From Promethearchaeota archaeon (GTDB lineage: Archaea; Asgardarchaeota; Lokiarchaeia; Sigyniarchaeales; SOKP01), in assembly GCA_016930515.1 (NCBI GenBank), contig JAFGGO010000126.1, positions 1-11,565 on the forward strand: a DNA stretch of 11,565 nucleotides. The letters are read 5' to 3'. Each line of letters opens with the position of its first letter. The stretch's first letter is position 1. The position numbers and the translations under genes were made by a program. Shown here piece by piece: positions 1-6,700 of the stretch. The notes below the pieces were generated by a model. It was not told the origin of the DNA, made no database searches, and was given only the letters and a program-made list of their open reading frames with translations.

Positions 1-1
1 A

Positions 2-973
2 ATTTAGCTGGCTAAAATCGTATTTTATTGGATTTCCAGCTACTTGTAGATCTTTTAATTTTGGAAGGTTTAACAACGAGATGGGTAATTCCTTTAATTT
101 ATTACGTTCCAAAGAGAGTATTTTTAAATTTCTTAAATTTTCCATTGATTTGGGTAATTTCCGGATGTTATTGTTTCTTAAGTCTATTTCTATCAATGAT
201 AATAATTCTCCTATTGATTCGGGTAATTCACCTAAACCACAATTAACAACATGTAATATCTTTAAACAATTAAGCTCGTTAATTTCGTGTGGTAATTTCT
301 TGATGTGCAAGTTGGAAAGGTACAATTCTTCAAGATGTTTAAGTTGGATAATTTCAATAGGTATTTCTTCGATATTAATTGATTCCTTACATAAAGAATA
401 ATTTGAAAGATTCAAAAACACAATCCTTCCTTTTTGCGATCTATATCCAAAGGAAAACTTTTTTGGATAAATGGATTGAGAACAGTTTGGAATCGTACAA
501 TTAAATCTTTTTTCTAAAAATTTCAAGCAATAATAATCCTCAGATATTAAAAAATCGCCTCCATGCTCAAACATTTTTATTTCTTTTTTTGAATTTTTTT
601 TATTACGAGCGTTTTCAATAAAAGAATTGAAAAAAGACAATATTAATTTTATTAAATCGGGATTATTTCCCTCGCGAAGTTTCATAATGAGCGGATCTTG
701 TCTTGCAATATAAAAGGTTAAATAAAGTTTAGTTCTGTTGGCCCCAATAGCTTTAGAATGAGTAAAGAAGGCTTTTTCCTCTATTTGCACTCCAAGGATA
801 TCAATCCAGTTGATCTTTTCTTTTTTTAAAATTAGAAATTCGTTATCTACCTTGATATTTAGTTTTTTTAAATAATAATGCAAATTGTTAAACCTTCCCG
901 AAACATGGTTTATATAATCAACCGACTTGTTAACTAAATGCGATTTTAGAAAGTCTTCAACTATTTTTTCCAT
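2..973 (-). CDS. Leucine-rich repeat (LRR) protein with an unrecognised N-terminal domain; 3' end lies outside the window (324 codons visible)
   Basis: Manual translation, not in the ORF track. ATG at 973 with an in-frame TAA at 979-977 just upstream, and the frame stays open to the left edge: MEKIVEDFLKSHLVNKSVDY...EDYYCLKFLEKRFNCTIPNCSQSIYPKKFSFGYRSQKGRIVFLNLSNYSLCKESINIEEIPIEIIQLKHLEELYLSNLHIKKLPHEINELNCLKILHVVNCGLGELPESIGELLSLIEIDLRNNNIRKLPKSMENLRNLKILSLERNKLKELPISLLNLPKLKDLQVAGNPIKYDFSQLN. Matches the LxxLxLxxNxLxxLP consensus and ends in a GNP cap. Confidence 0.93.
   Translation of the reverse strand, partial: MEKIVEDFLKSHLVNKSVDYINHVSGRFNNLHYYLKKLNIKVDNEFLILKKEKINWIDILGVQIEEKAFFTHSKAIGANRTKLYLTFYIARQDPLIMKLREGNNPDLIKLILSFFNSFIENARNKKNSKKEIKMFEHGGDFLISEDYYCLKFLEKRFNCTIPNCSQSIYPKKFSFGYRSQKGRIVFLNLSNYSLCKESINIEEIPIEIIQLKHLEELYLSNLHIKKLPHEINELNCLKILHVVNCGLGELPESIGELLSLIEIDLRNNNIRKLPKSMENLRNLKILSLERNKLKELPISLLNLPKLKDLQVAGNPIKYDFSQLN
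29..421 (-). repeat. Coding tandem repeat: about 6 LRR units of 23 aa (69-bp period)
   Basis: GGTAATT (the Leu-Pro codons on the minus strand) recurs on the + strand at 84, 153, 222 and 291, with GGTATTT at 360, exactly 69 bp apart. Units: LEELYLSNLHIKKLPHEINELNC / LKILHVVNCGLGELPESIGELLS / LIEIDLRNNNIRKLPKSMENLRN / LKILSLERNKLKELPISLLNLPK. Confidence 0.9.
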
Positions 974-1257
974 CAATTATCTTACACATCAAACGAATTG
1001 ATCAAAGGTGGATTACTGCAAGATGAAGAAAGGATTGTTTTCGTTAAAAAGATGACTATTTCGTTTAAGAAAAAAAAACAAGAAACTTATGATTAAACGG
1101 CAAATATATTTTCACAAATGTGAATTTTAAATGTAATTTCTATTATTTCTAAAGGTATTTTGGACATTTAATCAAGATCATCTTTGCTTGAAGCAAACGA
1201 AAATATTTAATGAGTAAAAAAAAGGAATTATTAAAAGATAAAGGTATAAATATATTT

Positions 1258-1267
1258 AAAAAAAAAA
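1258..1267 (-). terminator. Putative archaeal oligo(T) terminator
   Basis: T10 tract on the minus strand immediately after the stop codon of the 1268..1732 CDS. Confidence 0.5.
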
Positions 1268-1732
1268 TTAGGATAGAAATTGATTCCAGGCATTAATAAC
1301 TTCAGTCCCATTAACCTTGAATTTTTTCTCGATTTTTTTTACATCTAAATGTGGGACTATTCCGTCTTCCCATCGGCTATTAACTATTTTTACGATTTCT
1401 TTAACAACATCCATTTTATCTGTATGAATATTCATTTCAAAAACATGATTGCCTGGATTTGGAACTGCATAGCCTGCCATTTTATCAGCTATTTCGATAT
1501 ATATACCTGCTTGTGGAGCAAGCATCATGAAAGTGTTATTTCTTCCCCCTCCTGATTCGCTTTCCGTTGTTGCTGGGTCAAAGGTCAATAGCCAATTTCT
1601 TATTTCGTTTGCAAATTTAGGTTTATACTTTGAAAATTTCATTTTTAAACCTTTAGGTCTTCCATAAAAAGTATATTTTGGAAGATTCAATATCCCTAAT
1701 TTTTCTGCTTCTTTTTTACATTTTTTACCCAT
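1268..1732 (-). CDS. Hypothetical protein (154 aa)
   Basis: ATG-started ORF with protein-like composition, higher GC than its AT-rich flanks, and an oligo-T tract downstream. No family motif recognised. Confidence 0.8.
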   Translation of the reverse strand: MGKKCKKEAEKLGILNLPKYTFYGRPKGLKMKFSKYKPKFANEIRNWLLTFDPATTESESGGGRNNTFMMLAPQAGIYIEIADKMAGYAVPNPGNHVFEMNIHTDKMDVVKEIVKIVNSRWEDGIVPHLDVKKIEKKFKVNGTEVINAWNQFLS

Positions 1733-1822
1733 AATTAATTCATCTTATTGATTTTTGACTGAAAGATATTTTTTAAAATATAATAAAATAGATAGAACGA
1801 GGTTATATATTAATATATCTTC

Positions 1823-1831
1823 AAAAAAAAA
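1823..1831 (-). terminator. Putative oligo(T) terminator of abfD
   Basis: T9 tract on the minus strand about 20 nt after the abfD stop codon. Confidence 0.4.
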
Positions 1832-1849
1832 GAGGAATAAAAAATTTAT

Positions 1850-3295
1850 TTATTCAATATCTAAGATTTTTTTAACCAAGTTGATCTTTTCATCGACATT
1901 CGCTTGGCGAGATATCATAATTCTTTGTGCCTGAGGAGATCCAGCTCCGTGCATTGATTCTGTTTTATAACTTGGAGAAGCAACACCCATAGACATGCAT
2001 TCAATGAAGCGTAAAAGTTTATATCTGTCATCGGGAGAGACACCATCGCAAGTTGAGATATATTTCTTCAATAAATGTCCAATTTCTTTAGAATTCCAAT
2101 CTGCTTCAGAAGGTAGAGTGACAAACAAACCGCCCGCTATATCTTCTGCTAATCGTCCTATTTCGTAAGGAAAGCGAGTCACATTTTGCTTGCATACATT
2201 TGCCAAGAGCATGTCCATTTCATAATTTCCCGCTTCTCTTTGATGCCCAAGAGCGCTACACGCAATACCACTACTATAAAGGGTCTCGTTTAAATGGATC
2301 ATTTCGATAATCTTATCCTTAATGTGTGAAGCTTTATCAACACCGTTATATTGTGATATAAGTGCTGCAGCACCGATTACAACATCCCCAACGCCAACTT
2401 TGCATCCACCATAGCTTTGCCTATGAAATCCAGCAAATCTATTTACTAATTCTCCAGAAAATTCTATTTCTCCGTTCATAAAAATATTTTCATTTGGTAT
2501 GAATACATCATCAAAAATTACGAAGCATTCCTGACCACCATATTTATAATTTCCAACATCAAGCTTGCCTTCTTCCAATTTTCGAGTATCGCAAGCCTGT
2601 CTACCATAAATGATGGTAATACCTTTTTCATCAGTGTTAACACCAAAACTTACGGCAAATTTTTCCTCTCCTGGTCTCATCGTCAGCGTGGGCATGATAA
2701 TAGCCCTATTTGAATTTAAAAAGCCCGTTTGATGGATCTTAGCGCCTCTTACCACGATTCCATCTTCTTTCTGTTCTTTTACATGAACAAAAACATCAGG
2801 ATCAGATTGTTCGGAAGGACGCTTGGATCTATCTCCTTTCGGATCGGTCATTGCGCCATCTACCATCAAATCTTGTTGTTGTACTTCGGTCCAATATTTT
2901 TTGAATCGCTCATGGTAATTTGTATTTTTCTTTTTATCAATTTCGTAAGTCACGCTATAGACAGCGTTCGCAGTGTCAAATCCAACGCATCTTTGGAAGC
3001 AACACGCCGTGTGTTGGCCTAATAATCTTTGCATTTGTACTTTCTTGATTAAATCATCAGTTGATTGGTGGATGTGAGTAAACCTGTTAATAATCTCGCC
3101 CGTAATGTGAGATTTCGTTGTCATGATGTCTTTATATTTTTCAACGTGAGCTAATTCGTATATTTTCATAACTGCGTTAATTGAAGGCCTAATAATGGGA
3201 TGGTCCCAGAAATTTTTTATTTTTTCTCCAAACATGTAAATATTAACATCCCGTTGGATGGACTTTAAATATTCTTCAGGTGTTTTTAATGTCAT
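1850..3295 (-). CDS. abfD: 4-hydroxybutyryl-CoA dehydratase / vinylacetyl-CoA delta-isomerase (FAD, [4Fe-4S]; HpaB/AbfD fold)
   Basis: 481 aa with the AbfD signature motifs: CFQRCVG (two cluster Cys), GAMTDPKGDRS, GAKIHQTG, GGQE, HRQSYGGCK (cluster His and Cys) and TESMHGAGSPQAQRIMI. The Fe-S ligands distinguish it from HpaB monooxygenases. Confidence 0.92.
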   Translation of the reverse strand: MTLKTPEEYLKSIQRDVNIYMFGEKIKNFWDHPIIRPSINAVMKIYELAHVEKYKDIMTTKSHITGEIINRFTHIHQSTDDLIKKVQMQRLLGQHTACCFQRCVGFDTANAVYSVTYEIDKKKNTNYHERFKKYWTEVQQQDLMVDGAMTDPKGDRSKRPSEQSDPDVFVHVKEQKEDGIVVRGAKIHQTGFLNSNRAIIMPTLTMRPGEEKFAVSFGVNTDEKGITIIYGRQACDTRKLEEGKLDVGNYKYGGQECFVIFDDVFIPNENIFMNGEIEFSGELVNRFAGFHRQSYGGCKVGVGDVVIGAAALISQYNGVDKASHIKDKIIEMIHLNETLYSSGIACSALGHQREAGNYEMDMLLANVCKQNVTRFPYEIGRLAEDIAGGLFVTLPSEADWNSKEIGHLLKKYISTCDGVSPDDRYKLLRFIECMSMGVASPSYKTESMHGAGSPQAQRIMISRQANVDEKINLVKKILDIE

Positions 3296-3314
3296 GATAA
3301 TTCAATATAGTTGA

Positions 3315-3322
3315 TTTTTATA
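3315..3322 (-). promoter_or_regulatory. Candidate TATA box for abfD (short-leader or leaderless transcript)
   Basis: TATAAAAA 20-27 nt upstream of the abfD ATG, with no obvious Shine-Dalgarno. The AT-rich background limits certainty. Confidence 0.3.
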
Positions 3323-3737
3323 GGTTAGAGAATTCGTTGTACTTTAAAAATATCTTTATTTAATTTACTAACGATATTTTACAGAATGGTTTTATTTTCC
3401 AGATAATTCTACACGCGTTCTTTTTAGTTATAAGATCTACTTAATTTCTTTTTTTTAATATCATATTATATTTTATTTTATCATCTATATCGATAGATTC
3501 AAGGAATTTTAGGCTATTATTTGAGAAAAAATATTATCGATAAAATTTAAAAATGCTGATTAACTCTTTCTTATCTTTTTTATCGCACTCGATTTTTATC
3601 TTTATTAAAATTGTCTAATCTTATTATTGTGGCATCCAAAATTATTTGTTGAAACATTTTAGCAACATCAATGATTAAAAACTTTCTATCTTATGAGAAA
3701 ATCATAAAAGAAACTAACCAATTGATTTAGAATTGTT

Positions 3738-4145
3738 TTAATCAAGAACAAATATTTTAGGAAATTTTAGTAATAAACCTAAATGGCGTTTCCCCGTGTT
3801 TCCTTTTTCAAAGCGTAGTTTTCGCATTCCATATTCATTCTTCCGTGTTAACATGTCTTTTGTCGAAAGCAATCCACGATGGAATTCCATTGCGTCTTCA
3901 GGAGTCATTAACATCAATAAATCGTATTCCTCTAATTTACCCCGATTAAGTTTAAATTCTCCATTTTCCGCGATTAAATTTACCCAAAAATACTCGTCAT
4001 TTGCCATTTGATATCCTAAATTAATGCGAGCTTTAAATTTAGATAATATTTTTAGATTTTTAGGGTTTGTCCGCTTGTCAGCTATAATGCTCGTGAGAAC
4101 ATTATCCAAGTTAGCAAATAAAAAAGCTTCCTCTTCCACATCCAT
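3738..4145 (-). CDS. Hypothetical protein, probable divergent SCP2-like (sterol-carrier fold) lipid-binding protein
   Basis: 135 aa. The pattern helix - ARINLGY - YFWVNLIAENGEFKLNRG - YDLLMLMTPEDAMEFHRGLLS - KLRFE matches the SCP2 strand/helix order (LxIxxGxxxVxxG...DxxIxxxxEDxxxLxxGxL). It lies 56 bp downstream of a clearer SCP2 gene. Confidence 0.6.
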   Translation of the reverse strand: MDVEEEAFLFANLDNVLTSIIADKRTNPKNLKILSKFKARINLGYQMANDEYFWVNLIAENGEFKLNRGKLEEYDLLMLMTPEDAMEFHRGLLSTKDMLTRKNEYGMRKLRFEKGNTGKRHLGLLLKFPKIFVLD

Positions 4146-4201
4146 TTATTATTCCCTAAATATTATTAATGATAATTTTATTGATAAAAAAATAATTTAC
4201 A

Positions 4202-4678
4202 TTATAGAAATTCCGTTTCTATACTTGCAGAAGTTCTTGTAAGTTCTTGAGCCGCTTTTGTTGCTCTCATTACTTTAGCCATGTCACCTTGTAATTTTGC
4301 TTTACCCATTAGAAGCGCTTTCGTTGCATCTAGTTCGTTCTTGTAGATTTTAACCCAGTTATCATAAGTTGCTGTGTAGACAAATTGAACGGGAATTTTC
4401 CCCTCGGGAATTAATTCGCCCGGTTTTACGAAATAAAATTGTTCTTTAGTAATAACTTTCGCTTCCGTACATTCTCCGTGATATAATCCGATAAATTGGT
4501 AAAGTTCGTGATCCAAGGGGCCTTTACCACTAGGATTAGGGAGCACGACAAAACAGAAATCTCCTTCCCATCCATTCGGAGGAAATCCTTCGGGACCTGC
4601 TGCAAACTTATAATCGGGGTTGTTATTCAATGCTACTTTATAAAGATCTAACCATTCTTGAGTTCCAAATTTTGCCAT
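4202..4678 (-). CDS. SCP2 sterol/lipid-binding domain protein (158 aa)
   Basis: Motifs FGTQEW, LNNNPDY, WEGDFCFV, LYHGEC and FVYTATYDNWVKIYKNELDATKALLMGKAKLQGDMAKVMR (typical SCP2 C-terminal GKxKLxGD). I moved the start from the TTG at 4690 to the ATG at 4678, which has an SD-like AAGGTTGA upstream. Confidence 0.85.
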   Translation of the reverse strand: MAKFGTQEWLDLYKVALNNNPDYKFAAGPEGFPPNGWEGDFCFVVLPNPSGKGPLDHELYQFIGLYHGECTEAKVITKEQFYFVKPGELIPEGKIPVQFVYTATYDNWVKIYKNELDATKALLMGKAKLQGDMAKVMRATKAAQELTRTSASIETEFL

Positions 4679-4753
4679 AAAAGTTTTCAACCTTTTTTAT
4701 TCATTAATAACGATTTTATAAGTACTCAATATATTGTTTAATACAAATTGAAC

Positions 4754-4770
4754 AAGGAAATATATAAACA
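4754..4770. promoter_or_regulatory. Candidate BRE/TATA in the divergent SCP2/AOR promoter region
   Basis: + strand reads AAGGAAA-TATATAAA (purine-rich BRE-like element, then TATA at 4761-4768). The same bases read TTTATATA on the minus strand. Confidence 0.45.
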
Positions 4771-4811
4771 TTTAATTTATCTATCTAGTAGAAATTGAGT
4801 AATAAATATTT

Positions 4812-4816
4812 GAGGT
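4812..4816 (+). promoter_or_regulatory. Shine-Dalgarno site of aor
   Basis: GAGGT 7 nt upstream of the ATG at 4824. Confidence 0.6.
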
Positions 4817-4823
4817 AATATAA

Positions 4824-6656
4824 ATGAATTTTAAAAATGGTAAATTATTAATCATCGACCTCAGCTCAAATAAAATTTCTACTGAGCCTTTGAATCAACA
4901 ACATGTAAAAAAGTTTTTAGGCGGATCAGGCTATGCTTGTCGATATTTATATGATAAAATAGACAAGGAAACCGATCCTCTCTCGTCTAATAATATTTTA
5001 ATGTTCATGACTGGAATATTTTGTGGATCAACAGTACCAACGAGCGGAAGATTCGTTGCTTGTTCAAAATCTCCATACACGGGGATATGGGGTGAATCAA
5101 ATTGTGGAGGTTTTTTTGGTCCGGAACTTAGAAAAACGGGTTATGAAGGAATCGTGATCAAGGGTGCATCGGAAATCCCTGTTTATATAGAAATTAACGA
5201 GAATTCAGTAAATATCAAAGAAGCCTCTGATCTATGGGGCAAGGGAACTTTCGAAACATCTAGGATTTTAAAAGAGAGAATTGATAAATTGGCGAGAGTA
5301 ACCTGTATTGGTCCTGCTGGAGAAAATTTAGTTAAATACGCCACCATTGCTTCGGAAGACAAGGCACTCGGAAGGACGGGAATGGGGGCAGTAATGGGCT
5401 CAAAAAAACTAAAAGCTATTGTCGTGAAAGGTACTAAAAAATCTTATGAGGCGGCATATTCTGATAAATTCAAGGAAACTACTAAAAACATGCAAGAATT
5501 TCTAAAAGAAGCATTTTTAACAACAATGTTTGGAGCCCTCGGTACAGCAGCCCCCTTGGACATGTATAATTATAGCGGCGAATTACCAATAAAATATTGG
5601 ACTCAAGCTTCTTGGATAGAATCGTATAACATTTCTGGTGCTACTGCATCAGAGAAGATATTCACGAGAAGCAATCCATGTTTTGCTTGTCCTATAGGTT
5701 GTACTAAAAAGGCATTCGTGAAAGAGGGGGAATACAAGACAGAAACAGAAGTCGCTTCTCCCGAATACGAAACCATTGCGGGTTTTGGATCGATGATACT
5801 TAACGACAATTTGGAATCCATAGTTAGAGCAAATTATCTGTGCAATGATCTTGGTATCGATACTATTAGTACGAGCGGTACAATCGCTCTGGTTTATTAT
5901 TTATATGATAAGGGAATTCTAAAATCTGAACAAATCAATAATTTAGAACCTCAATGGGGGAATGAAAAACCAATGCTGGAATTGATCAAAAAAATAGCCA
6001 AACGAGAAGGTATTGGAGATTTATTAGCAGAAGGTTCAAACGCATTAGGAGAGCGATATAATGTTTCGAAAGACGATATTGGTACTGTATATGGCATGGA
6101 AGTACCTTATCACGATCTAAGAGCCTGTTATGGCATGGCAGTAGCATATGGATTAGCGACTCCACGTGGGCCTTGTCATAACTCTTGCGACATGTATAAC
6201 ATTCTATTAGGTCTTCCTCTCGAAGAATTAGGAATAGAACTTATAGATAAACACGACGAGAATGACGAACTAGCTAAATATAGCGCTTTAGCCCAAGACT
6301 ATCGAGCCTTGACAAATTCTCTAATTTTATGCGTATTTGCCAATCCTCCTATAGATATGATTATCGAACTTATTAGTTCTGCTATTGGAATCGAATGTAA
6401 TATCAATGTTTTAAAAAACATTGCCGAAAGAAATTACACGATAAAAAGGATGTTTAATCTCAAGATGGGATTGACTCCTCGAGACGATCGCCTTCCAAAA
6501 ATCTTGTTAGAACCAAAAGACGAGGGTGAATCTGCAGGGAAAAGTCCAGATTTTGACAAATTAAAAACAAACTATTACGCATATCGTCAGTTTGATTTAG
6601 AGACAGGAAAGCCAAATAGAGAAAAACTTCAATCGTTAGACTTGGAGGATTTATAA
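4824..6656 (+). CDS. aor: Aldehyde:ferredoxin oxidoreductase family protein (W/Mo-bis-pterin, [4Fe-4S])
   Basis: 610 aa with AOR-family motifs SKSPYTG..ESNCGG, CIGPAGENLV, GRTGMGAVMGSKKLKAI, CFACPIGC plus a distal LCVF Cys (four cluster ligands), PEYET, DLGIDTIS, RGPCH and DDRLP. Confidence 0.93.
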   Translation: MNFKNGKLLIIDLSSNKISTEPLNQQHVKKFLGGSGYACRYLYDKIDKETDPLSSNNILMFMTGIFCGSTVPTSGRFVACSKSPYTGIWGESNCGGFFGPELRKTGYEGIVIKGASEIPVYIEINENSVNIKEASDLWGKGTFETSRILKERIDKLARVTCIGPAGENLVKYATIASEDKALGRTGMGAVMGSKKLKAIVVKGTKKSYEAAYSDKFKETTKNMQEFLKEAFLTTMFGALGTAAPLDMYNYSGELPIKYWTQASWIESYNISGATASEKIFTRSNPCFACPIGCTKKAFVKEGEYKTETEVASPEYETIAGFGSMILNDNLESIVRANYLCNDLGIDTISTSGTIALVYYLYDKGILKSEQINNLEPQWGNEKPMLELIKKIAKREGIGDLLAEGSNALGERYNVSKDDIGTVYGMEVPYHDLRACYGMAVAYGLATPRGPCHNSCDMYNILLGLPLEELGIELIDKHDENDELAKYSALAQDYRALTNSLILCVFANPPIDMIIELISSAIGIECNINVLKNIAERNYTIKRMFNLKMGLTPRDDRLPKILLEPKDEGESAGKSPDFDKLKTNYYAYRQFDLETGKPNREKLQSLDLEDL

Positions 6657-6700
6657 TTTTTTAAGATTCTATATATTAATATTAAAAATACTAAAAAAAG
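6657..6700. terminator. Convergent terminator region between aor and the Fe-ADH gene
   Basis: 44-bp gap with T6 on the + strand (6657-6662) directly after the aor stop and T7 on the minus strand (6693-6699) after the ADH stop. Confidence 0.45.

Noticed and set aside
84-366. 69-bp periodic GGTAATT motif, a CRISPR-like spacing
   Set aside because: The conserved part is only about 7 bp and is explained by the Leu-Pro codons of 23-aa LRR units; no cas genes are present.
28-401. + strand ORFs 28..246 and 81..401 from the track
   Set aside because: Antisense shadows of the minus-strand LRR gene; they have no recognisable motifs.
63-898. Perfect 14-bp inverted repeat GGAAGGTTTAACAA (63-76 / 885-898) resembling IS terminal repeats
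   Set aside because: Both copies lie inside an uninterrupted LRR reading frame, with no transposase and no target-site duplication. A rough estimate suggests a match this long is expected by chance in an AT-rich 11.5-kb window.
998-1096. 32-codon + strand frame (TTG start, LIKGGLLQDEERIVFVKKMTISFKKKKQETYD)
   Set aside because: Short, with a weak start, no SD and an overlap with the presumed LRR promoter region; unsupported.
1850-3295. Annotation as 4-hydroxyphenylacetate 3-monooxygenase (HpaB)
   Set aside because: The CxxxC and HxxxYxxC [4Fe-4S] ligands and the anaerobic gene context indicate AbfD; no flavin reductase gene is nearby.
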